Shown here piece after piece: positions 36,928 through 44,478 of a DNA stretch of 44,478 nt (positions within the stretch are counted from its first letter, which is position 1; the number at the start of each line of letters is the position of its first letter). The stretch covers positions 1-44,478 of IMG/VR virus record IMGVR_UViG_3300030708_001288; one strand, given 5' to 3'. Below the pieces are notes generated by a model. That model ran no database searches. It was not told where the DNA came from and saw nothing but the letters and a program-made list of their open reading frames with translations. A program made the position numbers and the translations under genes. This DNA is from a virus (Duplodnaviria; Caudoviricetes).

Positions 36928-37719
36928 ATGGAAAACACAACAAATGTAAAAGCATTTTTAAACAATGCACAAGTAAAAAAAGGTTTGAATTTAACAGGTA
37001 TTTCAAACGCTTTAGAATCAATTAAAAAAGGTGAAACAGACCTTTTCAACAAATCAGTTAAATTAGGCGCTTTAATCTTTAGTACTTGCGAATGGTTAAA
37101 GACAGTAAAAGCAAAAGAACTTTTAAAGTCTAATGGTCTTGAATGGAAGCAACAAGATTTAATTAAAAAGAGTTTTGATTTATACGGCAAAGAAATCAAA
37201 AAGGCTTGGTTTTATAGACTGCAAAAAGTTGGTAAAATGGACGCTAAAATAAAAGACGCTTTTTTAATTGCTTGTAACAAAATTGAAGAGTTAAAAAATT
37301 CGCCAAACATCTCAATAGATGAGTTAACAAAATTTGAAAACCTTGTTAATTATGACGCTAAAAAAGGAGTGACAAAAACGCTTTTAAATGAAGCAATTGA
37401 AAAGTACGTTAAACTATTCATTGACGGTAAGCAAGAAGTTGAAGACGTAGCCGAAGCCGTAGAAACTGAAACAACGGAAGAAACTGAAACAAGCGAAGCC
37501 GTAGAACTTGACAAAGGGACTAAACTAATGTTAAATTTCAAATCAAAAGATGGTTCTAATGTTGTTCTTAGAATTACGGACAACGGCGAGATTATAACGA
37601 CGAATTCAGATAGTCAAATTAATGAAGCTATTGAATTTATAATAGAACGCCGTATGATGAAAGCAAAACGCAATCAAGCAAAAAAGACGCTTAAAAAAGG
37701 TGGCGTAAAAATCAAATAA
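36928..37719 (+). CDS. Hypothetical protein, possible DNA-binding protein
   Basis: 263 aa with its own promoter and terminator; helical N-domain, acidic linker, small C-domain and basic tail. Confidence 0.7.
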   Translation: MENTTNVKAFLNNAQVKKGLNLTGISNALESIKKGETDLFNKSVKLGALIFSTCEWLKTVKAKELLKSNGLEWKQQDLIKKSFDLYGKEIKKAWFYRLQKVGKMDAKIKDAFLIACNKIEELKNSPNISIDELTKFENLVNYDAKKGVTKTLLNEAIEKYVKLFIDGKQEVEDVAEAVETETTEETETSEAVELDKGTKLMLNFKSKDGSNVVLRITDNGEIITTNSDSQINEAIEFIIERRMMKAKRNQAKKTLKKGGVKIK

Positions 37720-37735
37720 GTCTAGTTGACTAGAC
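37720..37735. repeat. 16-bp palindrome copy 10
   Basis: GTCTAGTTGACTAGAC immediately after the TAA of 36928-37719. Confidence 0.9.
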
Positions 37736-37745
37736 TTTTTTACAG

Positions 37746-37770
37746 GGGGGCAATTGCCCCCTTTTTTTTT
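37746..37770 (+). terminator. Intrinsic terminator
   Basis: GGGGGCAATTGCCCCC followed by T9. Confidence 0.85.
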
Positions 37771-38027
37771 ACCTGTTATTTTTTTTATCCTGGTGTTATG
37801 CTATTTTATTTTTTGCTCTTAGACGAACGATAATTTTTATTTGATATATATATACTTAAATACTTTTAAAGTCTTTTAAACGTCTTTATTTTAATTAATA
37901 AACGTATTTATTTAAATGCTTTGTTTGTTAATTGTTTACAGCTCTTTTAATTTGGTGTTTTGTTTGTGCTGTGATTTTGTCGGATGGTTACAGCTCTTTA
38001 TCTCTTTGCTCCTGTAAGATTATTTTA

Positions 38028-38220
38028 ACAGGGTAACAGGATACAGGGCAACAGGGCGAAGGGGTACAGGGGACAGGGGACAGGGGACAGGGGGACAGGT
38101 ACAGGGGGCGAACCTGTCGCAGGTTAGAACAGGGACACAGGGACACAGGGACACAGGAAAAAAAAGCTAAAAAATTCAGACGGGGCAACGGATACAGGAA
38201 CAAAATCAACACGCCCCCCC
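38028..38220 (+). repeat. G-tract ACAGGG(G) repeat cluster (possible pac/terminus region)
   Basis: GGGGACA and ACAGGGAC tandem units, at least 12 G3-G5 tracts on one strand, non-coding. Confidence 0.85.
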
Positions 38221-38293
38221 TGTTTAAAATTTTGCAAAATTTTTTATAACATGGTATATGACCCTTTACTTCCAGACATCTGATATTTTTTTA

Positions 38294-38301
38294 TATCTTT
38301 G
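38294..38301 (+). promoter_or_regulatory. -7 promoter element (TATCTTTG)
   Basis: TAnnTTTG 15 nt upstream of 38317. Confidence 0.55.
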
Positions 38302-38316
38302 TAAAAAAGAAAAGAC

Positions 38317-38511
38317 ATGATAAGCGATTACGTAGAAGGATTATTTGTAAAGGACGGTAGGTTGATGAACAAGAGACCTGATGGAGAAACTGGTATAGCT
38401 GAGGCAGCTCGAATTAAGCGTGCTGTTAAGAACGACAGAAAGATAAATCAGATTGCCGAGGCAATAGAGCTTGCAGAAAACAAAAAGAATTTTAGACAAT
38501 TAGAATTTTAA
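38317..38511 (+). CDS. Hypothetical protein
   Basis: 64-aa ORF between a promoter and a terminator. Confidence 0.65.
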   Translation: MISDYVEGLFVKDGRLMNKRPDGETGIAEAARIKRAVKNDRKINQIAEAIELAENKKNFRQLEF

Positions 38512-38537
38512 ACGTTTCCATTTGTTCGACAGGGAAG

Positions 38538-38566
38538 GGGTGTGACTTAGGTCCACCCTTTTTTTT
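38538..38566 (+). terminator. Intrinsic terminator
   Basis: GGGTG-t-GAC ttag GTC-CACCC followed by T8. Confidence 0.7.
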
Positions 38567-38586
38567 ATGACACAAGTTGACATAGT

Positions 38587-38759
38587 TATGTCGTTTTTAT
38601 GTCAAAGTCATTTTTCATAACTTCTTAGTTTTCAGTATAGTTATATTAATTTATGTCGATATGTTAATTTTAAACTAATTTTATAAATAAAAAAATAATA
38701 TATATAATAGTAAATATATATATACAAATAGAGATTTTAAAAATTGTCATAATATCATT
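38587..38759. other. Putative origin-like element B
   Basis: TATGTCG...TATGTCA, TATGTCGATATGTTAA (38652-38667), AT-rich core, degenerate inverted copy at 38744-38759. Confidence 0.35.
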
Positions 38760-38781
38760 TTATATATGTAAAGAATTTTAT

Positions 38782-38789
38782 TATATTTG
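38782..38789 (+). promoter_or_regulatory. -7 promoter element (TATATTTG) for groEL
   Basis: TAnnTTTG 24 nt upstream of the ATG at 38814. Confidence 0.6.
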
Positions 38790-38813
38790 CAGAAATTAAA
38801 TTTATTTAAATCG

Positions 38814-40385
38814 ATGAACGAACAAGGGTACATTCCGAAAGACTTATCTTTCGATGACAATGCTAGGGAGAAGTTAATATCAGGCATCTCAAAAATCTCC
38901 AACGCTGTAAAGAGTACACTAGGGCCTCAAGGCCAGACGGTGTTAATTGAATCCACACAACATACACAGGGGTTAACTGTCACCAAGGATGGTGTAACGG
39001 TTGCTAAGTCTGTTTTTTTAATAGACCCTGTAGAGAACTTAGCGGTTCGTATGATGAAGCAGGCTTCAGAGAAGACAGCTAACACTGCGGGTGATGGAAC
39101 TACTACCGCTATTGTATTGACTGAGGCTTTAGTAAAAGCTGGTGAGTCTCATATTGGTGAGAACGAGAATACGATACAGGTGGTACGAGAGATTCGTAAG
39201 GAGGGAGATAAACTTTTAGCAGACATTGCCAAGGAGTCTGTTGAGGTTACGGACGATATGCTGGAAGATATTGCTACTATCTCTGCTAATAACGATAGTG
39301 AGATTGGTGGGATTATAGCGGATGCATATAGAAAGGTTGGTCACGATGGTATTGTTACCGTTGAGCGTTCACAAACCGACAAGACCTATGCGGAGGTTAC
39401 GAATGGGATAAAGGTTGATAGGGGATATACCTCACCGATGTTTATCAACGACCACCGTAAGGATGAGTGTATACTCGATGGTGTAAAGATATTGGTATGC
39501 GATACTGAGATTACTAACATCTTGCAGATTGAGAATGTGCTCAAGCCAATTATTAATGGTGGCGAGAAGTTACTTATCATTGGGAATTGTTCGGGGAACG
39601 TTATCAACACACTTGCTGCTAACGTTCAGCGAAACGGTTTAAAGTTCTGTAACATCTTAGTTCCTTCTTTTGGTTACCGTTCTCACGAGTTAATGCAAGA
39701 CATTGCATTATCTGTTGGAGCGAAATACTTCTCGGAGAGTACAGGTGATGACCTGTCACTAATCCGTATGGAGGACCTAGGATATGCAGACAAGATTATC
39801 GTGGGTAAAGACTCTACAATAATTATCAAAGACAACCAGGTTACCGATGAGATTACTAAGAGGGTTGAGGAGTTACGTGAGCAGCAGGAGAGATTAACAA
39901 ACAAGGCGGAGCGTGACTTTGTGAATGAACGCATTGCGAGTTTAGTTGGGGGTATAGGTTGTATATACGTTGGTGCTACTTCTGATATTGAGCAGAAAGA
40001 AAAGTTTGATAGGGTAGACGATGCGGTATGTGCAGTACGTTCAGCTCTGCAAGAGGGTATTGTCCCTGGCGGTGGGTTATTACTAGATAGGTTATCTAAG
40101 AAGTATAAAGGAGATAGTACAGCAGATAAGATACTTAAAGAAACATTAGAGTCTCCATTAGCTCAGATATTAACAAACGCTGGGTTAGAGAAAGGAGAGA
40201 TATATAAGAAGAAGTTAAAAAAGAACGAGGGGTATAACGTGGTGACTGGAGAGTATGGCGATATGTTCGAGATGGGTGTAGTAGACCCAGCGAAGGTTAC
40301 GACACAGGCATTGACAAACGCAATCAGTGTTGCTACAACTATACTAACTACTAACGCAATTATAACACACGCAAGGAAAGAATGA
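38814..40385 (+). CDS. groEL: Phage-encoded chaperonin GroEL
   Basis: TLGPQG, VTKDGVTVAK, AGDGTTTA, EGIVPGGG and GVVDPAKV; no GGM tail; start set at ATG 38814. Confidence 0.95.
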   Translation: MNEQGYIPKDLSFDDNAREKLISGISKISNAVKSTLGPQGQTVLIESTQHTQGLTVTKDGVTVAKSVFLIDPVENLAVRMMKQASEKTANTAGDGTTTAIVLTEALVKAGESHIGENENTIQVVREIRKEGDKLLADIAKESVEVTDDMLEDIATISANNDSEIGGIIADAYRKVGHDGIVTVERSQTDKTYAEVTNGIKVDRGYTSPMFINDHRKDECILDGVKILVCDTEITNILQIENVLKPIINGGEKLLIIGNCSGNVINTLAANVQRNGLKFCNILVPSFGYRSHELMQDIALSVGAKYFSESTGDDLSLIRMEDLGYADKIIVGKDSTIIIKDNQVTDEITKRVEELREQQERLTNKAERDFVNERIASLVGGIGCIYVGATSDIEQKEKFDRVDDAVCAVRSALQEGIVPGGGLLLDRLSKKYKGDSTADKILKETLESPLAQILTNAGLEKGEIYKKKLKKNEGYNVVTGEYGDMFEMGVVDPAKVTTQALTNAISVATTILTTNAIITHARKE

Positions 40386-40525
40386 AAGCAAGTAAACTAT
40401 TAACCAAAGAACAAAGCCAACAACAATGGGGATATTATATATCTTTTAAAAGAAAAGGGTTTATACCTGCAGATATCTCTTTTGAGGATTGGTTAACTAA
40501 GACAATACCATTAAACCTAGGATGA
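40382..40525 (+). CDS. 47-aa hypothetical protein (not in ORF track)
   Basis: MKASKLLTKEQ...PLNLG*; ATGA overlaps at both ends. Confidence 0.55.
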   Translation: MKASKLLTKEQSQQQWGYYISFKRKGFIPADISFEDWLTKTIPLNLG

Positions 40526-40665
40526 GTTTTGATGTAAACATAGGGTTCTATCCTGGAATACTTTTAGGTATTAGAACCTATCACGATATAGGGTTTACTA
40601 CCCATGCATTTTATTTACCACTAGTTAGTTTACATGTTGTTATTGAAAATGATTTTGAAAAATGA
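40522..40665 (+). CDS. 47-aa hydrophobic hypothetical protein (not in ORF track)
   Basis: MSFDVNIGFYPGILLGIRTY...NDFEK*; ATGA overlaps at both ends. Confidence 0.6.
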   Translation: MSFDVNIGFYPGILLGIRTYHDIGFTTHAFYLPLVSLHVVIENDFEK

Positions 40666-40919
40666 AGCCAATAGGAAAATATATTATAATTAAAAAGATT
40701 AAGGAAGAGTTAAAGACAGAGTCGGGGTTATTACTATCCGCTCAAGATGCTTCGGAGTTTCGTTACAAAAAAGGTTTTGTATTTAAATCTGGTACCGATG
40801 TTGAGGTAATAGAAGATGGTGATATCATCTACTATGATGAGTCGGGTAGCCACGAGATGTTGATTGAGGATAATCCCTATACGGTGATTACTGAGCGGAG
40901 TGTCGTTGTTGTTTTATAA
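40662..40919 (+). CDS. groES: Co-chaperonin GroES
   Basis: MKPIGKYIII...KTESGLLL mobile loop, G.V...G, GDII; next to groEL. Confidence 0.85.
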   Translation: MKPIGKYIIIKKIKEELKTESGLLLSAQDASEFRYKKGFVFKSGTDVEVIEDGDIIYYDESGSHEMLIEDNPYTVITERSVVVVL

Positions 40920-41346
40920 ACTTATTCATCTCTATAATCATATTACGGTATACCTTATCCATGTAGGACGCATCCTTTCTAAATAGTGGGTTCATAGATG
41001 GGCTCTCACCAATCTCTTCACCGTTTAGTTTTTGGTATAGTGCGGTAACAAGTCTTTTACCTTTATAGGATAGCTCGTATAGTGTTGTCTCTTTCCCGGC
41101 CTTCTTCCGCCACACATGTATCCACCCTTCTTTTAAGAGTCGATGAAATCGTGGCTCATCCCACGACATACACTGTTCAAACTCTTTAAACTTTGTCTTG
41201 TTAAAAATCTGTTCGCTGTATAGGAAGAACAGCATATCTATATCGGGTGTACCTATCTTGTACTTAGCCTTCGCCCAGTAGCGTATAACCCTCCAGTATT
41301 TCATATAGTCGTACCCTGGGTTGAACTTGTAGTCTCTCTCTATCAT
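40888..41346 (-). CDS. Putative winged-helix (MarR-like) DNA-binding protein
   Basis: RLLKEGWI.......LYELSYKGKRLV wing motif. Confidence 0.5.
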   Translation of the reverse strand: MIERDYKFNPGYDYMKYWRVIRYWAKAKYKIGTPDIDMLFFLYSEQIFNKTKFKEFEQCMSWDEPRFHRLLKEGWIHVWRKKAGKETTLYELSYKGKRLVTALYQKLNGEEIGESPSMNPLFRKDASYMDKVYRNMIIEMNKFIKQQRHSAQ

Positions 41347-41359
41347 TAAATTAAATTTG

Positions 41360-41367
41360 TATATTTG
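41360..41367 (+). promoter_or_regulatory. -7 promoter element (TATATTTG; a second, TAAATTTG, at 41352-41359)
   Basis: Tandem TAnnTTTG upstream of the ATG at 41385. Confidence 0.55.
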
Positions 41368-41384
41368 TATAAAATTACAAAATT

Positions 41385-41555
41385 ATGCCAACAGTTACAT
41401 ACTCCTGTCCAGATACAGGAAAAAAAATGAAGAAGACTTTCCCTTACAATGCACCAGGTAAAGCACAAGCCGATTGGTTTTCTAAACTAATGGACGGTTC
41501 TAAGAAAAATAACCCAGGTTATGGGATGGAAAAGGAAACTGTCTCAGGGTACTAA
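41385..41555 (+). CDS. 56-aa hypothetical protein (not in ORF track)
   Basis: MPTVTYSCPDTGKKMKKTFPYNAPGKAQA...SGY*. Confidence 0.65.
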   Translation: MPTVTYSCPDTGKKMKKTFPYNAPGKAQADWFSKLMDGSKKNNPGYGMEKETVSGY

Positions 41556-41566
41556 AAGAAAATTAT

Positions 41567-41574
41567 TATCTTTG
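41567..41574 (+). promoter_or_regulatory. -7 promoter element (TATCTTTG)
   Basis: TAnnTTTG upstream of 41594. Confidence 0.55.
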
Positions 41575-41593
41575 TAAGATAAATTTTTAAACT

Positions 41594-41803
41594 ATGAAAA
41601 AACAAGGTTACAACGCAAGACTTGATGAGTCTTTAGGGATGAAGCACAGAGGTGCTCACAAACAATCATTGAAAGACCGTAGAGACGAGTCTAAAGCAAT
41701 GTCTAAAAAAATGTATGGACACGCTTATGGTGGAGACCACAACATGTCTTACGAAAAAATTAACAATGTTAAGAAGCACCTTAGTGCACATATCCGTAAG
41801 TAA
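41594..41803 (+). CDS. Small basic protein
   Basis: KQGYNARLDESLG...QSLKDRRDESK. Confidence 0.7.
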   Translation: MKKQGYNARLDESLGMKHRGAHKQSLKDRRDESKAMSKKMYGHAYGGDHNMSYEKINNVKKHLSAHIRK

Positions 41804-41991
41804 TGGCAACGACAGATAAAGGTAAACGTAAAGAACGTAAAGATAAACGTAAACTTAAAAAAGCTATAAAAAAATTAGGGAGTAAATTAGGAACATCTCC
41901 ATCTTATAGGTCTTCTATACCATTAGATGTGTCTCCTAACCCTAGTCAAATGATGGAGACTAAGGGAACAATACCACCTAAATTTAAATAA
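41803..41991 (+). CDS. Small basic protein
   Basis: 62 aa, K/R-rich N-terminus. Confidence 0.55.
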   Translation: MATTDKGKRKERKDKRKLKKAIKKLGSKLGTSPSYRSSIPLDVSPNPSQMMETKGTIPPKFK

Positions 41992-41996
41992 TAACT

Positions 41997-42203
41997 ATGG
42001 CAACGAAAGGAAGAACTAAGAAAGAAAAGTTTCCAGAGATAAAAGAATCTCGCCAAGGTGCTTTTACTAAGTGGGCTAAGAATAACGGATTTAAAGATGC
42101 GTGTAGTGCTGCCTCTGCTGTAATGAACAATACAAAGAAGTATTCGGATAAGGTAGTGAAGATGGCAAACTACGCTAACAACTTTGGTTGTAAAAGAAGA
42201 TAG
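41997..42203 (+). CDS. Small basic protein
   Basis: IKESRQGAFTKWA...KMANYANNF. Confidence 0.65.
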   Translation: MATKGRTKKEKFPEIKESRQGAFTKWAKNNGFKDACSAASAVMNNTKKYSDKVVKMANYANNFGCKRR

Positions 42204-42204
42204 G

Positions 42205-42345
42205 ATGGGAAAACTATTAATACGAATGGGTAAGTCACTTATCGCATTCGGAAATAAAGTAAAGTGTGGATGGAACTGGTTAATTAGTAGACTAATGTTT
42301 ACATTGCCTCTATGTCCACACTCAAAGTGTAAGTGTAAAAAATGA
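42205..42345 (+). CDS. 46-aa Cys-rich protein (not in ORF track)
   Basis: MGKLLIRMGK...CPHSKCKCKK*. Confidence 0.55.
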   Translation: MGKLLIRMGKSLIAFGNKVKCGWNWLISRLMFTLPLCPHSKCKCKK

Positions 42346-42515
42346 AGAGAACAAGAATAGGACAATCAAGAGGACTAGGCGATAGTATCGAGAAGTTTAC
42401 TAAAGCTACAGGAATCAAAAAGGCAGTAGACACTGTAGCGAAGGCTACAGGAAAAGACTGCGGTTGTAACAAACGTAGAGATTCTCTAAACCGAATGTTC
42501 CCTTATAATAAATAA
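42342..42515 (+). CDS. 57-aa conserved phage protein (not in ORF track)
   Basis: SRGLGDSIEKFTKATGIK...DCGCNKRRDSLNRMFPY, a motif familiar from Bacteroidota phages. Confidence 0.7.
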   Translation: MKRTRIGQSRGLGDSIEKFTKATGIKKAVDTVAKATGKDCGCNKRRDSLNRMFPYNK

Positions 42516-42521
42516 ATAAAG

Positions 42522-43841
42522 ATGGCATTAATTCCAGTAACAGATAAGTTTCACGTTGTAGACGCAAATGTACCTACAACTAATAAAGGTTCAGCTACAG
42601 CAAACGCAGGTAGACAGGCATATACAATGCAGGACATAATTGATACGGTAGGTAGTACTGGTGGTTCACAACCTGTATTTTCAGGGTTATCGGCACAAGG
42701 TATAGATAATACTACAACTTTTATTCTTTCTTATGGTATAAATATAGTTAGTACTTCAAGTGGTACTAATAATGCTGGTAAGCTACCTCAACCTGTAACA
42801 GGACAGACGGTAACAGTTATAAATAACTCAGCTAATCCTATAACAATATTCCCTTCTAACGTTGGAGGACAGATAAATAACTTACCTATAGATTCACCTA
42901 TAGTGGTCGATAATGATAATATACCAGTAATCTTGGTATGTACGGTAAACCCTAGCCCAGGACAATGGAGCGTTATAAACCCTCCAGTACCAGGTGCTCC
43001 TTTAGTATATGAGTGGTGTATAGACACAAGTACAGCAACAGGAACAAATGGTGCTGGAATATATAATGTTGGAATACCAGGCCCAACTCAATCTGCTTAT
43101 TTTGGTACAGCAGGTACAACAGGCCCCGCTGGTGTTAACCCACAAGGAGCAGCAGGTGGAGCGTTCGGGAATGCAACTGGAGCTGGTGGTAATGACGTTG
43201 TTAGTGGTGTTCCTGTTTTAAGTAATACTGCTCCCCCAACAGCATGGACTTTATCAACTGGTACTCCAAATACTTGGCGGAGTGCTGCTCCAAACCCAGG
43301 TATTATATCGAATGTAAAATTAGAAACTAACATGATGTGGGATGATTTTTACCAGGCTGGTGCTCAATCTTGTGCTGTTGGTGAACAACCTTGGTCATTT
43401 CAGTTAAAAAGAGGTTGGCAAGCTTCAGGTCCCGCTGATGGAGGTGATTATGGTATATATCAAGTACCTTTAATGTGGATACTTAACCCAAATATGGGAT
43501 GGTATGGTGGAAATCCCCCACTCCCAGATACACCTCCTAGTATTGGATATTATAAACTTCCTGCAGATTATCCTAATGCTTTTGTGCCTACTGGATATAC
43601 AGGATATGGTAACCCTTCTCAAACATTATTAGCTAATATAGGTGACCAGTATACGTATTGTATAGATAGTATACCCTTTTATTCTACCTCTACAGCTGGA
43701 AATTTAGGATTAAACATTGGAGCAGGAAATACTACAACTTCAGGAGATGTTTATTATTATATTGAGAGTGGTATAGCGACCAATCCTTGTATAAATAAAA
43801 AAGCATATAAGTTTAGGTTAACAATAGAATTTGCATCTTAA
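42522..43841 (+). CDS. Gly/Pro/Thr-rich virion fibre or decoration protein
   Basis: 439 aa; LPQPVTGQTVTVIN...ITIFP repeat-type domain and aromatic C-terminal domain. Confidence 0.5.
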   Translation: MALIPVTDKFHVVDANVPTTNKGSATANAGRQAYTMQDIIDTVGSTGGSQPVFSGLSAQGIDNTTTFILSYGINIVSTSSGTNNAGKLPQPVTGQTVTVINNSANPITIFPSNVGGQINNLPIDSPIVVDNDNIPVILVCTVNPSPGQWSVINPPVPGAPLVYEWCIDTSTATGTNGAGIYNVGIPGPTQSAYFGTAGTTGPAGVNPQGAAGGAFGNATGAGGNDVVSGVPVLSNTAPPTAWTLSTGTPNTWRSAAPNPGIISNVKLETNMMWDDFYQAGAQSCAVGEQPWSFQLKRGWQASGPADGGDYGIYQVPLMWILNPNMGWYGGNPPLPDTPPSIGYYKLPADYPNAFVPTGYTGYGNPSQTLLANIGDQYTYCIDSIPFYSTSTAGNLGLNIGAGNTTTSGDVYYYIESGIATNPCINKKAYKFRLTIEFAS

Positions 43842-43863
43842 GAAATAAATAAATAAATAAAAA

Positions 43864-44388
43864 ATGGCATATCAAAAATTACAAGTAAGCGATGGACTAG
43901 CGGTAATACCGTCAGATGACGTATCTATACCTGACCCTACTACAGCTATTGTATTAGACGCAACAACTACAGGAGCAACTGTAGGTGTTGCAGATTTTAG
44001 TGTAGCTGGAACGCTAACAGATGTAGGAACAAAGTTTACAGATGCAGGAATAAAGGCAGGAGCTATTATTTATAATACTACTGCAAATAAAGCATACACT
44101 GTAGTAAGTGTAGATAGTGATACCCAACTTACTATAACTCCTTCTTCAGCAGGAGGTGCAACAGATTCTTATAGTATATACAGTGATGCTACTGTAGGTT
44201 GTATATTGTATGTAGGGACAGCAGGAGATTTAGTAGCTTATATGGCTGCACAAAATGGTAACATGGTGAATCTACCAGCTAACAATCGTCTTACTTTTAA
44301 AAACTTACCTAACGCATCATTCATGCCTACTCAAGTAATAAAAGTAGGTGCAGGAAGTACAGCTTCGGACATTATAGCACTTTGGTAA
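43864..44388 (+). CDS. Virion structural/decoration protein
   Basis: V.PSD...ILYVGTAGDL...F..LP..SFMPTQV..V....TASDIIALW fold with an inserted beta module. Confidence 0.55.
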   Translation: MAYQKLQVSDGLAVIPSDDVSIPDPTTAIVLDATTTGATVGVADFSVAGTLTDVGTKFTDAGIKAGAIIYNTTANKAYTVVSVDSDTQLTITPSSAGGATDSYSIYSDATVGCILYVGTAGDLVAYMAAQNGNMVNLPANNRLTFKNLPNASFMPTQVIKVGAGSTASDIIALW

Positions 44389-44389
44389 T

Positions 44390-44478
44390 ATGGCTACAGG
44401 CATTGGTGTAGGCATAGCAGGTGATACCTTCCAAGAGAAGGCAGGTGTTGGGATGGGTCCTGACGCTTTCACTAATCT
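44390..44478 (+). CDS. Partial CDS running off the window (probably structural)
   Basis: MATGIGVGIAG..., open to the window end. Confidence 0.5.
   Translation, partial: MATGIGVGIAGDTFQEKAGVGMGPDAFTN

Noticed and set aside
26312-37735. Palindrome series as a CRISPR array, Cas12a-like repeats or integron attC sites
   Set aside because: Spacing is 0.3-3 kb with whole genes between copies, there is no cas or integrase gene in the window, no AATT pseudoknot leader, and no RYYYAAC/GTTRRRY ends.
37988-38212. 74-aa Pro/Cys-rich ORF
   Set aside because: It is only the antisense translation of the ACAGGG repeat.
38787-38813. TTG start for groEL
   Set aside because: The TTG is part of the TATATTTG promoter element; ATG 38814 is the better start.
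1-44478. Stop-codon reassignment as in some crAss-like phages
   Set aside because: Long ORFs are intact under the standard code, and TAA, TAG and TGA all end genes at tight junctions.

Overview
AT-rich segment of a tailed dsDNA phage genome, most likely a podovirus-like phage of Bacteroidota (Flavobacteriia-type TTG-N19/20-TAnnTTTG promoters, a Gln+1 signal peptide). Layout: (i) 1-20022 (+): tail ring proteins, a tail nozzle that appears split over two genes, and three putative ejection proteins including a 2715-aa polyvalent protein; (ii) 20027-29075 (-): replication/recombination genes (HNH, two DnaA domain IV-like proteins, VRR-NUC, SF2 helicase, VirE-N/PriCT primase-helicase, SSB, RecE-like exonuclease, Sak); (iii) 29072-36702 (-): about 30 tiny early genes; (iv) a lone inverted gene and a non-coding G-tract region that may be the packaging site or genome end (36.9-38.3 kb); (v) 38317-end (+): GroEL/GroES, small basic proteins and structural genes. 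Best leads: a 16-bp palindrome GTCTAG-YYGA-CTAGAC repeated 10 times through the early region, mostly 18-26 nt upstream of start codons, with a compensatory variant and bracketing a putative DNA-binding gene; two dual-coding segments hidden inside the giant ejection gene; a structured non-coding RNA or leader; two origin-like elements with matching architecture; and apparent GATC avoidance. All protein family calls come from motif recognition by eye; no searches were run.
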